From Takakia lepidozioides (lineage: Eukaryota > Plantae > Bryophyta), in contig CM060734.1 in the NCBI GenBank assembly GCA_030704615.1, forward strand, positions 29,574,001-29,638,000: a DNA stretch of 64,000 nt. The letters are read 5' to 3'. Below the pieces are notes generated by a model, which was given only the letters and a program-made list of their open reading frames with translations, did not search any database and was not told the DNA's origin. Positions 48,291 to 61,699 of this stretch are shown one piece after another (within the stretch, counting starts at the first letter, position 1; the number at the start of each line of letters is the position of its first letter). The position numbers and the translations under genes are program-made.

Positions 48291-49919
48291 TTAAACGTGA
48301 TCTTTATTAGTTTGCATACGAGGGTGAGAAGCGTACTTCCCAAATCTTCGAGCAACTTCAGAGCTTGTCATGGTGTCCCAGACATGTAGGTTTCCTTTCG
48401 AGCCTCCAAGAGCTAAAAGAAAGGGGGCATCCCTGCAGAAACTCGAGGAGAAAACAGCTCCCACTTTAGGGTTTGCGGATGCAATGCATGATGGCTGATT
48501 TCCAGTTATGTCCCATAACTTTACCATCTTGTCTGTTGAAGACGTTGCAAGCAGGTTAGGGGCTGCTGGGTTGTAAGAGAGGCTGCAAACAGCCTTTTCA
48601 TGAGCGTGGATTGTGAATACAGCCTTTCCATCTCCCTTGGCGCCAGTGCTGCTGGAAACAGTACTAGAGCCCCCCTTGCGCACATCGTGGCCTCTAACAG
48701 TGCCGTCTTCTAAGCTCACCGTAAAGGAGTGGGATGTATGGGGATCCCAGGCCAGGCATTCAACATCAGCTGTAAGAGGCCACCGAATCGCTTCATGGCT
48801 CGGTGCCCTCATGTCTGTCAAAGCCACAGTTCCATCAAAGGACCCGCTGAGAAGAACAGTTGGTTCACTTGGATTCCAGGCAACAGCTTGCACCTTGTTA
48901 GTATGAATCTGCAAAGTATGCTCACAAGTCTGCTTGACAATGTCCCATATTTTCACTGAAAGATCAGCACTAGCACTGGCAATGACATTGCGATACTCAG
49001 CATTCCATGCAAGACCTAAAACAGCATCTGTATGGCTGCCCTCCTTGTATCTCACTTCCTGTTTCTTCTTCTTTTTCTTTGAACTATTTGACTTTTTACC
49101 ACTTGTCTCGTCTCCCAGAACAGGCGCCTGGAGAACCCCACCCAGCACCGCCGCAGGCTCCACCTCATCGACCATATCCAGGTCCCATATCTCGATTTCC
49201 GGCTGCATTGTCCCTACCGCCACATAATTCCCCTTTCCATCTCCTTTCGGATTGCAGTCAAGCCATGCCAGGCACAGAGGAAATGCCGGCAGCATAATGT
49301 CATGATGAACATACATGTTACTTTCTGCTGGTTCTGTTTCATTCTCTCTTGCTTCGGTCTCGTAAACCCATACCTCAAGATGGCTGACATCATCTTCGTT
49401 GCGGACAGTCAGAATCAGCAAATCCGATGCTTTGATGGTCATGTCCTCTATCTCGTCGTCATCATCGTCATCCTTGTTTGTCAGGTAAGGATCATCCTCG
49501 TTGGAGGCATAGTAGGCGGCGCCCAGCCTTCCGTTGCCAAAAATCTCAACCCCGCCATCTTCATCGTCGTCGTCATCATAGTGATCCATGTCAAGCTCTG
49601 CAAGCCCGTCAACGATATTATCCACACGCGCCTTCTCTTGGCGTTTCTTTTGCAAGACAGAAGCTCCTAGAGCGTTGGCAGCTGCCAACGCCATAGCCAC
49701 GGTATCAGCACCCTCGCCCTGCTTGCTGCTTTCAGCTTCCATCTCCTCAACCTCCGCATCTTCATCCTCCTCGCCATCAGAGCTCCCCCCGTGAGAGGGG
49801 GAAGCTTCAGAGTCGTGTGCGAGAAACGCCGATAGAAGGTCAGCCTCAGAGGGGGGCTCGGCCAAAACAGGCACAGGATTGGCCGCGCCTTTTGGCACCC
49901 AACACACTGCAGCAATCAT
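48291..49919 (-). CDS. PWP1: Periodic tryptophan protein 1 (WD40, ribosome biogenesis), intronless, 542 aa
   Basis: MIAAVCWVPKG start, acidic region, NMYVHHDIMLPAFPLCLAWLD, GNYVAVGTMQPEIEIWDLD, SHTDAVLGLAWN and WD repeats. Confidence 0.93.
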   Translation of the reverse strand: MIAAVCWVPKGAANPVPVLAEPPSEADLLSAFLAHDSEASPSHGGSSDGEEDEDAEVEEMEAESSKQGEGADTVAMALAAANALGASVLQKKRQEKARVDNIVDGLAELDMDHYDDDDDEDGGVEIFGNGRLGAAYYASNEDDPYLTNKDDDDDDEIEDMTIKASDLLILTVRNEDDVSHLEVWVYETEARENETEPAESNMYVHHDIMLPAFPLCLAWLDCNPKGDGKGNYVAVGTMQPEIEIWDLDMVDEVEPAAVLGGVLQAPVLGDETSGKKSNSSKKKKKKQEVRYKEGSHTDAVLGLAWNAEYRNVIASASADLSVKIWDIVKQTCEHTLQIHTNKVQAVAWNPSEPTVLLSGSFDGTVALTDMRAPSHEAIRWPLTADVECLAWDPHTSHSFTVSLEDGTVRGHDVRKGGSSTVSSSTGAKGDGKAVFTIHAHEKAVCSLSYNPAAPNLLATSSTDKMVKLWDITGNQPSCIASANPKVGAVFSSSFCRDAPFLLALGGSKGNLHVWDTMTSSEVARRFGKYASHPRMQTNKDHV

Positions 49920-50035
49920 CGTTCACGTGTGTGTAAGTATGTATGTGCGTGAGAGACCGGCAAAGGTCCGGATGCGAGCTCTAAGCTACAGAAGAGAGAA
50001 GAGAGACAAGCAGAGGCAACTCCTGCTTTCCACTC

Positions 50036-50044
50036 TAGGGTTTT
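50036..50044 (-). promoter_or_regulatory. Telo-box (AAAACCCTA) upstream of PWP1 in a 360-bp divergent intergenic region
   Basis: TAGGGTTTT on the + strand ~120 bp upstream of the PWP1 ATG; telo-boxes are typical of plant ribosome-biogenesis genes. CACGTG at ~50107. Confidence 0.5.
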
Positions 50045-50278
50045 GCATACGCAGGGTTTATTGGGGTGAATGTCATACTTTCTTGTCGTTTGCTGCACAA
50101 ATATGTCACGTGCCCCCAATTACAGTCTGTAAGTACTATGTACCCCGAAATACACACGAGGCACCCTACATGACAAGATGGGTAGCTGCGGGAATCCACA
50201 ATCCACCCATCCACATCTGAACGTGAAAGAGAATTGGATGCTGCGAGAAAGGGAGTATGGTGAAGAGGGGAGCTGAGA

Positions 50279-52264
50279 ATGGCGGGTATGGACAGGGAAG
50301 TGGAAGTTCGTTGGTGGGTGGTGATGGTGACGGCTTGCCTATTGTGGAATGCAATGCAGGCACAATGCTTCCGCTTTACGCTGGACAGGAAAGAGTGTTG
50401 GTCGCATGAAGTGCCTGAAGATGGTGACATCGTGCACGTTTCCTTTGTGGTTATGAAAGTGGACAGTCCGTGGGGCTACAAGCACCGAGGCGTTGATCTG
50501 CTTGTGAGTTTTGTATCGCCTCCTCTTCACTCGACGCGTTATAAGTAATCGACCAGACTACGTCTCGCATTTTGAGAGAAGATTGCAAAGAGTGACATCT
50601 CATTCTTGGCAGTCGGGGCTGCTTCAGTCCCTTTAGAATCCAAGGACAGGAACCTTGAGCGATAGATTTCACAAGTGGACAGGTGAAAGCTAAGAATTGT
50701 TGTGTGCAACCAGGTGCTCCTTTTTGAGCCTCGAAATCTCTCACATTAAAACTTTGCTGCTCCTATTGACAATGGATCCCAGAGGACGTCTCTCAAACTT
50801 TTTACTGGAAACATTTTCTCCAAAGCAACAACCTGTCTGCTAGGAGTTTTACAGCTCTATGGTTTTGAAGACCCTTAGCTGACCTAATTACTATATTTTG
50901 GCAAGGACAGACCAAAAAGAAGCACGCACCACAGTGATTGTTTATGTGTGTAGAGAGGTGGGTTGCACTAAATAAGATCCTGATTTGCTGATGGAAGTAT
51001 GACTGGTATCCAAGGGTGGGCCCTCTGTAGGCACTGACAAGAGGTGGGAGATGGTCTGGGGTGGTAGATTGGCGCCACCAGGTCAGCATGTGTACAGTGT
51101 GAAACACGGAATTGAACAAAAGTTTATAATCACAGCGGTACAAAGAGGGCTCTACAAGTTTTGCTTCTACAACACAGGTGCCCTGCTTGAGAATATTGAC
51201 TTCGATGTGCACATGGACCACCTCAGCCAAGACTCCCACGTAAAGAATGGTGCGTAAGTATGTCTGATGTTCATGCTCTTGGGGAGTGCATTGCATGATT
51301 TCCTCAGTCATGTCCAATATTGTCAACACTCTACATGGGAATTTATCGGCTAGTGACTCAAGGGAGGTACACCTTAAATGTGAATTGTCAGGGTTCCATC
51401 CCCCTCACTCAAGCTGGAGAGAGAATGTACTCCTAAGCCCTTTGCTGTAGCGTTGTGGCCATAGACCCTGCGGCCAGTTTGGGTGGAACTCAAGCTGGAG
51501 ACAGAGAATGTACTCGTGAGATGTTTTCCATAGCCTTGTGGCTAGACCTGCGCCCAGTTTGGATGGAACAAGCTGGAGACAGATAGAGATAGATGCACTT
51601 TAGCAGACTGGAAGTGGAGGCATAGTTAAATGATGGAGGCAAAAACTGTAGGCAATATGGCACTGGGGAGAGAGAAGTTGTTAGAGCATCTCCACCGGGG
51701 GTACATCAAACAAACCTGCAACGATAACCTCCTGCGGCCTCTCCCCTCACCCAGCGGCAACCCCATCAAACTACCCTGCACGTCTTTTCGGCTGACGTGC
51801 CTTGCTCCGGAGGGACCACCTGGACTGACGCCGCCTTACCCTCACGCCATAAATGCACGCAGTGGGGTTTTTAGTCGATCGCAGCAGGTACCAGCCGGGT
51901 CCGGCGGGCCTCTATCCTGCACGAAAGTACGGGCCCAGTGATACCAGGGCCGGGGGCTCCTTTGCCGGGGCATTTAGGGACCGGTGGAGATGCTCTTACA
52001 CCTTCAAATGTCTACATCGGCTGCGATGCCATAACCATAATAATCTAAAACGAAATAGCCAACAATACTTATGTCCAAGAGTAGGTATGGCAGAAATTTT
52101 ACAGCAATATACTAAAGAATTTTGATCACCATACCAACTCACTTTGGGAGAGATGAATGTGTGGAGTGGGTACAGAAGATATCGATCCATTGTTTGCTCA
52201 GATTGAAAGGCTTACGGAGGCACTGCAGGTTTTAAGTGCGCTCTGTAACTGTTTCCTCTATTAA
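50279..52264 (+). CDS. p24/emp24 GOLD-domain protein (p24beta-like), apparently C-terminally truncated
   Basis: Exon 1 (50279-50503): signal peptide, FRFTLDRKECWSHEV...GDIVHVSFVV. Exon 2 (~51051-51249): GLYKFCFYN..ENIDFDVH. Exon 3 from 52176: EDIDPLFAQIERLTEAL, then an early stop. No TM exon found. Confidence 0.7.
51405..51590. repeat. Three ~80-bp tandem units in the p24 intron
   Basis: CAAGCTGGAGA occurs 3 times and CCAGTTTGG.TGGAAC twice. Confidence 0.65.
51684..51995. mobile_element. Tourist-like (PIF/Harbinger) MITE
   Basis: 15-bp perfect TIR GAGCATCTCCACCGG, with TTA TSD at 51681-51683 and 51996-51998. Confidence 0.9.
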
Positions 52265-52974
52265 CTGTACACTGGAGACTTCCTAGTCTCATCTGTTATT
52301 TTATTTGCATGTCCCATGGTGCCAGTTCAGTTGACTTGGGGGACGTCAGCCAACTCTGTACTTCCAAGTGGTTTGGTCAGAGCTCTCTGACTAAATCGCT
52401 GTCTCTCTTTGCCTACCTTATTGAGCAAGGTAAGCTTGGTCAGCATCTGTGGCATTGTTAAATGGCACTGATGGAAGTGTTTCGTGCATATGGGGCAGTA
52501 AATCAAGGATCGAGCCGGCGTGTGCTTTACAACCTTTCCTTGGAGTTGATGGCACTGGTGGGATCGAGTAGACTCGTAGTTGTCCTGTTACAAAGCCTGT
52601 TTGAAAGGAAGCTAACCCATGATTAAAACTGCTTGTAATGATTCCAAACCTGGCAATAGCCTCCAACATTCTACATGGAGATCCTCAATTCTGAAGGCTC
52701 TCAAATTGATACATGGTGATTGTCTTTGTCAACATCAGTACAATAACAAGACACATCAAACAAAGAAGAATGTGGGCCACACTGCTGCTCACTGCTCAAC
52801 AGTAACAAGACCATCAGCGTTGGACCAGACCAACAGCTTCTAGGGGAGAAGAAATTTTACTCCGAAAAAAACATAAATAGGGGCAACAATGTCCAACCTG
52901 TGCTGCAGTACTGTTGTAGTGGCAAAGCTTCTCCTGTTTTTCCAGCACAGGTGTTGCCGTATTGTTGCACACTG

Positions 52975-53160
52975 ACCCGCATCCTTCATGTTCCCACATT
53001 TGGCATACATATGTACAAGGTCATTCTGCAGAATGATATCCGGCAGAATATGCCAGCATGGACCTCTCTGCCCCTTTCCATGGCTGCCATTAAGAACACA
53101 AATGAAGGTGACCTTGTTGGGCTTCAACCCTTCCTGTATCATTTGTCTTATACATATACC
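52975..53160 (-). pseudogene. PLS-class PPR protein fragment
   Basis: MIQEGLKPNKVTFICVLN and LVHMYAKCGNMKDA motifs, with no further intact repeats. Confidence 0.7.
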
Positions 53161-54670
53161 TGGCCTCCCTCCCAGGATAATATCTCGTGAAATTCCAGCT
53201 TTGAAAAGAGTCCTGTGGCTTATACATGCGTTAAGAGCTTATTATGTAGGTTTTGCGGGTGGATCATCTCGCAAAATTAGGGTTACACGTGCCAGTGCCG
53301 ATTTGGTATGCAGAATCCGCATCCCTGGCCACTTTTGCATACCGAATTGGCACTCTCCAAGAGGGAGAACATGGAGAATGCAAAGCAATGGGATCCTCAG
53401 ATCTTAACGCCAGGGAACGGACCGCTTAGCGTTAACTCTGCCAGGCGCACCCTACCCTGGGCGCGCCCACTGTTACCCGGCAAATTCTTTTTAGTGTATA
53501 TGGATGGCACCTTACAAATGGGATTTTTCAGATGGCACTCCTCTCGAGGCACCTTACGCATAAGGTTTTTCTTTTCGAGGCACCTTACAGTTTGTAAGGT
53601 TCCTCCTCAAATCCTAACCAATCTGAACCGTCCATTTAGATTATCTAAGCCGTCCAGGCATAATTTTTTTTTCGCTGTTTCTTTATGCCGGGTACGGCAC
53701 TCAGAGCAGGGAGTTCCCGGAATGAGCGCCTTGCACGAGACGGTAGCTGAAAAAAAAGAGAATATTTGCGGAGAAGAACAGCAGTAATGTTAGAACTTAA
53801 TGCAAGTGTGCAATCTCTTACGGCATCATAAACTGGTCTCTGGCCTATCAAATCTGCCCCACTCCCTCTCAAGAGTGACACAGATTGGAGTGACATGAAA
53901 CACCAGAGTGACCGAGTGTGACATCACCGAAGTGACACTAGTAGCTGGCGTGACACAGGAGCGACATGGAAGAGAAAGAGAGTGTCATGCCAATCGGCGT
54001 AACTCCCACTTGGTGTTACAAAATTTGACTAAATATAAAAAATACAAATAAGAAGTGACACGCAGGAGAGAAACTCGGAATAGTGAGAGTCCCAAACCTG
54101 TCGGTGCAACAGATTCTGCATCTGAAAATGTATTGCTGACACCATCATCTGAGGAGGCTGTCACGGCATGCTCAGCACTGCTTAACCTTACTATATCTGC
54201 AAAAGACAAGCTTCTATCACTATTCAGTGCCCAAGACAAATTACTGCTGAAGAGACTTGAGTACATTCAAAACACAGAACTACAACCTCCTCGTCTATTT
54301 AACCTTTTAGTGACAAAAACTACTTACTCATCAGAACCCATGACAACATCACTTCATGCACCTACCTTGGTGAGAAGAAACAGAGGGGGCTACAAAGCCC
54401 GAATTTAATGATGCTCCATTTGTACTCCGTCCCTTTACTTTTCGAACATATGTGTCCAAGGCAAGGCAATGAGCCTGACAGTATATACTCTTCCCATTCT
54501 TGAAAGTCCAGCCATCTGTACATGGTGACCTGTAAAATTGAAACACACTCAGTGATTCCAATGTCTCAAAGGGTGGGAAGACTATGTGTCCAAGGGGACC
54601 ATGTCCTCACCTCTGTTTCAGACTGAGAAGGACAACTGCAAAGACTCTTTGACTATCTGTTCAGAGGTCA

Positions 54671-55903
54671 TCAGTCGAACATCCACGTTGGAGCCAGTAC
54701 AGGCATAGCTGGATGTCCAGCAAACTCTAGTATGTTAACTCCTGACAAATCAGGGCTGTCGAAAATGTCATCATAACGCTCAGGTCTACTCCACAGTTGT
54801 GCATCCTCTGAAACATCAGGGCTTTGCAAAGGAATACTGGGCAGTGAGCCCCCCTGCCTGTTTACTTGCCTCAAGGGATGTATGGATTCAGGGCCCTGCT
54901 GCTTGGACAAATGACTCATCATGATTGCTTGGATATCAAGCTCATGTTCCTCATCTATGGGGGATAACATGTCATTCAACTCGAGGAAATCGCCTTCCAG
55001 CATTTCCTCAACTGTGAGTTGCTGTGTCCCTGTGCACTGGCCAAAACCTTTATCAATGAAGGAGTCCTGCCAGTCGTCATCCTCCTGTTGGCCATCCTGT
55101 TGGTCTGCATGGGCAGCCTGTAGGATTTCCTCCAAAATTTCTGCCTCTTCCTTCGAAAAATGTTCCATCTCTTTCTCAAAATCCACAATTTCTGGACTGC
55201 CTGTCAGTGTTGAGCTTGCAGAAGGCAAATTCAAAAAAGATGGGTCGATCTCATCCCCAATCGCAAGGGTGCAAAAGCTCTGAGGAGTGCTACCAACAAT
55301 AACCTCCTCTACGGCTACAGCAGGCTCCAAAGCAGGGACATCCTCTACAGGATGACCACCCCCATTTTCCTGAGGAAGAGGTGACTGGTTAGCGGCCTCT
55401 GAAAATGCAGCGCCATACTGCTCCCCGTTCTTTGGACCTGGTCCACTCTTCTTGAAAACTCGGCACAACACAAACGCCTCCTGCAGATTTTCACACTCCT
55501 CGCCCATGCGGTATTCGTGCATGACCCAATTTGTCCGTTCCCCTCCGGAGACCCTTCCTTTGTAAAACACAAGAGTTTTCTTCATTCCGATGGGGCAGGA
55601 TCCAAACCGAACCACCCTGTCCTTCCCTGAGGCCTTCCAGTAGCCAGCTTCAGTTGCCCGATTGGTCCGGGTTCCACTGGGATATTTCTTATCGAGAGGG
55701 CAGAAAAAATACCACTCCAGATCCTTGCTATCCAAACACGACAGGTCAGGTAAATCCCAAGGCTCGCACTTGTACAAATCAACCTCCGAAATCACGTTAA
55801 ACTCAATTGTGCGGCCAGTCACTTTCCGCTTCAGATAGTATGCAACAAGTTCCTCGTCGGTCGGGTGAAATCTGAAGCCCGGGGGCAAAGACGACCGCGC
55901 CAT
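54671..55903 (-). CDS. NAC transcription factor (NAC53/78/82-related group), single exon, acidic C-terminus
   Basis: [72 protein letters not shown]; first ATG at 55903. Confidence 0.92.
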   Translation of the reverse strand: MARSSLPPGFRFHPTDEELVAYYLKRKVTGRTIEFNVISEVDLYKCEPWDLPDLSCLDSKDLEWYFFCPLDKKYPSGTRTNRATEAGYWKASGKDRVVRFGSCPIGMKKTLVFYKGRVSGGERTNWVMHEYRMGEECENLQEAFVLCRVFKKSGPGPKNGEQYGAAFSEAANQSPLPQENGGGHPVEDVPALEPAVAVEEVIVGSTPQSFCTLAIGDEIDPSFLNLPSASSTLTGSPEIVDFEKEMEHFSKEEAEILEEILQAAHADQQDGQQEDDDWQDSFIDKGFGQCTGTQQLTVEEMLEGDFLELNDMLSPIDEEHELDIQAIMMSHLSKQQGPESIHPLRQVNRQGGSLPSIPLQSPDVSEDAQLWSRPERYDDIFDSPDLSGVNILEFAGHPAMPVLAPTWMFD

Positions 55904-56094
55904 CGACTGCGCCTCCAACCAATCTAACTTACCTCCCGCAATTCACCACCGGTAGATATTCTTTCAATCTCCTTCCACCCAATTCTGCTTGATAACCTAG
56001 TGAAGCTCTCTGCCTGTCATGGATGAGAGCAGGAGAGCGAAAAAAGCACAATCAGCAAACACTCCAGCACTGAAAGCTCTCCCTCTCCTTGCTC

Positions 56095-56285
56095 TCCAAA
56101 CACGACCTGCCAGATAAATCCCAAGGCTCGCACTTGTACAAATCAACCTCCGCAATCACGTTAGATCAACTCTGCAGACAGTCACTTACCGCTTCAGATA
56201 GTATGCAACAAGCTCCTCGTCGACCGGGTGTGTTCTGAAGCCGGGGGCCAAAGACAAGCGCGCCATCGATTACGCCTCCAACCGA
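56095..56285 (-). pseudogene. Degenerate tandem duplicate of the NAC 5' coding end
   Basis: Aligns with ~55735-55920 (shared TAAATCCCAAGGCTCGCACTTGTACAAATCAACCTCCG) but has indels and stops. Confidence 0.85.
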
Positions 56286-58723
56286 TCTCACTCTTGCTGC
56301 CCTTCTCACACACCTTCCGCAAACACACCACCACAAGAAATCCCTCCTCTCTCCTTCCACCCGCTTCACAAAGACCAGCTCTTGCACGACAGCCGAGCAC
56401 CAAGCGAGAAACCCAACTCCTGTTGCACCCCACACCCCCGATTAGTTTCTGACCCCGCTTTGACTGGATCCATGCATCCGACGCTCGGAACGCCCCTCTG
56501 ACAAAGATCTAACGGTCGCATTTTCAACGAGTAACCGCACAAGGTAGCCATAACCCTAGGTTTTGAGGGGTTTGAATTGGCTTTGCAGTGTGGGGGGCAC
56601 CTCTCACTCTCTTTATCACAGCTACAACTGCAAAATGAACTCCACATCAAGTCCATCTCTCCTATCTGAATTGCACTGTGGGGACTTGGACATTGGACCC
56701 CGCACCTTCCTTTTCAATGAATGGTAGCTGTGGCCCTTTGAATGCACACATGCAATGTAATCTACTACAATGCCTGAGTGGGATGCAAATAACCATCTGG
56801 GTGCGTGAATGCCAGTACTGATTACCAGAAAGGCTGCCTCCAGTTAATGCACAGGGCCGCTGCAATATCATGGTCTACATGTCACCTCTCCATGTGCACC
56901 TGCTGCAAATGAAATGCACCAGACAAGCCTGCCCTGAATCACCAATCAGTGCCTTCTATCTACAGCTTTGTAATTGCTACCACTACACAAATAAATCCTC
57001 TTCAAACAGACTAGCAAGATAGCACCACACACAAGAACACAAGTTGATTAATTCATAGACTACAAAGTGCCACTGGAGATGAAATGTTGACAGCCCCCCT
57101 CCCCTCGCTACCCTTCCACACATTGCAAGACACAATGGCCACAAGCAGAGTGAGGACCACACAGGTGCCAAGAGAGAAAGAACATGGAAAATGCGGGAGG
57201 TTCTAACCCTCCCCAGCTCCTGGGAATCCTGCTAGCTTCGTGAGAATCGCCTAGCCAATACGGCCCTTGCATGTCCTGCGCAGGTTCAGGGGAAATGAAA
57301 CACACCATCCTGTGTACAATGGACTTCGAAGCCCGCAGCCCGTTTTGGTTCGTGCGTTGAAGGTTTAAGGACAGGTAAAGAGTAGCAATAAAGCACCTAC
57401 TGAGGCAGCACCCTTATACCCTCAAAGACGCCAATGCATTCTGTGGATACCAGAAGAATGCCCCCAAAAATTGTAGAAAATAAGCCATAAAAATTACCAT
57501 TCAGTCACTTAAAATAGCTTCAAGTGATTAACAGAGATCCATCTGACTGTTAGATATATATGTTTGATTACAGGTCCCTTAGGAGTCACAAGAGTAGCAC
57601 CCACATCAACATCCTAAATAATGAAGTAAGAGCAACTTTTTCAAATACGATTAAAATGCAGCTGTCTTCCATGCCAGCTCTGCTACCATTCTGTGAACAC
57701 TGCTCCAGTCAAATCTTGGCTGACCACAGTGATGCTGAACTTTGCAGGAACCAGGAAACACCTCCAGGTATCAAACTGTCACAAAAAGAAAGGCTAATTG
57801 AAACTCACAAGGAGCATTATACAGGACTTTCCAGACCACTCCCTTCCCCTCTCTTCTCCATATCATATTGACAGGCTCTGGAAGGCTACCTCCACTTCAT
57901 ACTCTGTATGTACTGCCCACTACTGCAGTGACACTTCTGCAATGGTACCATTCTGCGGTCCTGTCCCCAAGTCTGCAGCAAACAAAACATCATATTGTAG
58001 TCTCTCGTAAAGACTGATTCACGATTGAAAGATTAAATGATGGACAAGAGAGTGAGAACAAGAAAAAATCTGCAATCAATCACTCAACTTTATAGGCTTC
58101 CCAGCTACATCCAACAACGGGTCCTTTGTAAGGAGTTCCACCGCTAAATCTAACAGTGCATCATCCATTGTCGATGGGTGCACCACTACTTGGTAGACAG
58201 CTAAGCCTAAATGTTGCGTACGCTTTTGCGATAACGTCCAACATTGCATTTACAATGCAATGTAATGGGATCCATCTGTTAGTGCAATGGGATCCATCTT
58301 CCTGCACAATACACAGTCCATATTTATCACAGCATTCCTAAGAGAAAACTAAAAAACAACTATATCTTCTTTTCAATTCAGCCCTTCAATCTCTTTATGC
58401 TGTATTTGATATGCCACCCCTGTTGCTTCAGAAGTAAACTACTGCATCCCATAGATAAAGGCTTCTGGGTGGAGCTCTTTGCCGAAAACCCACCTGGACT
58501 GTCTTTCCAACTACCTTCTTATGAACATTCTCCTCAGCAGCCCCTACAGTCAAACAGACACTCTTTGGCTGATGCCTCAGGTTCATGTTAGGCACTCTCT
58601 TCTTAACCATGCCACACTTGTTATCCTCAGATCTACTCTCATGTTAGGTGGCACAACTCTGGTACAGATTGAAGCCCCGTGTCTTGTCCTCAACACGTAA
58701 GGACGCAAGCCATACAGTTGGCC

Positions 58724-58963
58724 TTCTTCTGTGCCGATAACTGAAGCAAGACAGGTGGAACAATCAATTCTCCGTAGAGCTTTGCCACTACAAATCGATA
58801 AATATCTGACATAGTTGTAGGAAAGTAGGAAAGTAGGAAAGTATGCATTCTTCTGTGCCGATAGCTGAAGCAAGACAGGTGGAACAATCAATTCTCCGTA
58901 GAGCTTTGCCACTACAAATCGATAAATATCTGACATAGTTGTAGGAAAGTAGGAAAGTATGCA
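58724..58963. repeat. Near-perfect ~120-bp tandem duplication
   Basis: TTCTTCTGTGCCGATA...GTAGGAAAGTAGGAAAGTA occurs twice. Confidence 0.9.
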
Positions 58964-61316
58964 CCTGTAGCTTGCGTATCAAGGATGCTAAACCATGGCG
59001 TGCTTATCTTAATAAGCCACCAGTGAGAGCTGGATATTTTATTTCGAGTAGGTACATAGAAACATCTGTCGAGGTGGGAGTGCCAATGACGTCAAAAAAA
59101 GAATCCAGCTTCCTACACAGCCAAGCCTGTTGCGAACGCTTTTGCGATAACAGCCCACATTGCATTGACAACCACATCTGCTAGTATAGTGGGATACATC
59201 TTCTTCCATAATAAACAGTCCATATCACAGCATGCGCAAAAGAAGGTCAATGACATCATCGTCCACACGGCCAGTCAGTTGTTTTCTAAGGACGGTTGTT
59301 CGGGGCAGTATAGACAGCTGTATTCCATTTTTGATATGATAGGCCTCCCACCTCGAAAGATGTTTCCATGCTACCTTACAAACCATGTCGTGCTTATCTT
59401 ACTCTCCCTCGGACATGAGCATACTCGCCCTTGTGTCAGAAGTACATCCTCGGCCTTGATGTGTTTGTGCCACAAGTTGCAAGAGTGGAGATAGTGAACA
59501 GCCCGCAACATCTGTGTCATCGATCTGTAATACTATGCCTGTCTCCTATTTCACCTCCCTTTCTGCACTCCATCGTCTCTCTCCCTCTGCACTGGAGGGA
59601 TGTCCTAATAAACAGACTCTGCTCCCCACTCAAAACATATCTATCCACATTCCACATCGATGGATCTGATGAGGGACTCCGACAGGTCCTCTCGCTGATT
59701 GAAGCCCAAAAAGGCATGGCAAAGCCCGGGCTAAAGACTCCCTAGCCCGGGACAAATATTCCGTAGCCCGGGCTTGAAGTGAAGAACATGACCAACGTCT
59801 CCTTTCTACCCTGGTTAAATGTTAACTACGTAGGTATATGTATCTTTTGAACCGCGGGTTCGATACGTATACATATACACTAGTCATACATACATGTCTG
59901 TGGACTTACTGGCAGGGTAGTTGTTTTCTTCCTTTTGGCAGAGGGAGAAGAGAAGCATCCCACCTATCTTCACGAGGCAAGGATCGATTTGTCTCTCTGG
60001 TGCTGAAGATGCTGTTGACATACTGCTCGGAAGTATGTGAGGAAGGGTGTTGCGTGTTGGATTTGGAGAAGCGAGTAAAAGCATGTACTATATCCTCATG
60101 TTACTGGTTTTGTGGACTCACCTTAAGTTTCATGCTTGTCACTTTCCTCACTCACAAAAGATGAAATTGTGCACCGTCTGACCGCTGTGAAGCTCAAAGT
60201 TGCGTTAAGTCTATGTATAGGAACACATTTCTTCTTTTCTTGAGATAGTTTAAGAAGTGTTGAATCAAGCAACGTGGTTGATGTGATGTCTATGGTGTTG
60301 TCAACATCCTGCTTCTGAAAACTGCATGCTCGTTGTCCTATTTGTCTCAGTTGAGAGTGAGAGTAGGCATCTCTAGAGTTGATATGAACTGAATGGCTTC
60401 GAGTTGCAAACATCCTTTTTGGCACGTGCCAGTTGGGGCCATGGATTGGAGTAGGGCAGAGGAAGCCAAAGTAGTTCGATCTCGGTCACTTTAGGGCTGC
60501 AGGGGTGCCATTAAAACATCAAGTTGATGAGTTCCCGGTGTTAGGTGTTAGGGGATGCAATGTTGTCTGTGGCCACAGAACTCACTTCCAGCCACTTTCA
60601 GCCCGGTCAGTCAGTTGATACGACTGGAACCACCACTGGCTTTCAAGTTGGGACTCTTCCTCTTTCTTTCCCCTATTTTGAAGATGCCTATGTGAATCTG
60701 TTTCCTTGATTGGCTACGTTTCACACCATGACAGACCTCACTATCGCATGAGCATGGCGTGCCCATTAGGATTTTACTGACAAGGCCCAAATGATGCGAC
60801 TCTCAGCAAGAGTTGTAAAGGGGCTGCAATTGAGGAGATGACTCAGGTTGGATCGCGGTCATGTCGGTTTTCTTACATTCTAATCCAACTTGGTTCAGTA
60901 TAGGAGGAGGTGGAAAATTAGCATTTGACCTAACTTGGATAGGCAAGGAATCAAAAATTCCTAAGAAGAGAAAAAAATTAAGCCTCTCACAGCCCGGTGC
61001 AAGACAATTGGCATGGATTGAACAAGTGCCAGAACAAGTGCCAGATTGTAAAAAATGTCAAACACTAAGCAATATGTTGCTCACGGTGCTGGTCTGAGTG
61101 ATGTAGATTATAGGATGTGAATAGTGCTAGGAATGTGATAATTACATGTGACTTTACTTGTCTCATATGAACTGATGAAAGAACTGTGGCTAACAGGGTT
61201 GCAGATTGTCAGCCAGTGGGAGGTGTGTGCCACAGGTGCAGGGCTACGGCATCTATTGTAATAGCAATTGCTTATGATTTTTGTGGGGTGCAAATCACTG
61301 GATATGTCTGTGGAAT

Positions 61317-61681
61317 GCAGCTTAGTGCATTCCCTCACAGGCCATGATATTTTATGGAAATCTGCGTTGCCACCTCTGGCATCCACGCACAAGGTGTCAA
61401 TATCAACTTAGTGTTGGGAGGTTCTTTGATTCAGCCACAAACCCCAAGAGGTTATCAAGAAGGTTATGTGGATATATAACCGGGTTCTCAAACAAACAAA
61501 GAACCGGCAAAAGCTCATAACCGCAAGTTACATAGTTTTGAGATAACCAGCCTGAAAACCGTCAAAGATCCGCCAATTATTTGATGGAAACTGTCGGTTC
61601 TTTGAGGTTCTTACAATTAACCGGAACCATTGGTTTTTTCCATAAAAAAATCATGGCCAGTGAGGGATTGCACTAAGCTGC
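61317..61681. repeat. ~44-bp inverted repeats enclosing ~280 bp (MITE-like)
   Basis: GCAGCTTAGTGCATTCCCTCACAGGCCATGAT...ATGGAAA and its near reverse complement; no clear TSD. Confidence 0.55.
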
Positions 61682-61699
61682 CATCGATCACTGCGTTGA

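Noticed and set aside
57500-59700. Possible degenerate minus-strand gene with internal duplications
   Set aside because: The fragments cannot be assigned to a family; only the tandem duplication is supportable.
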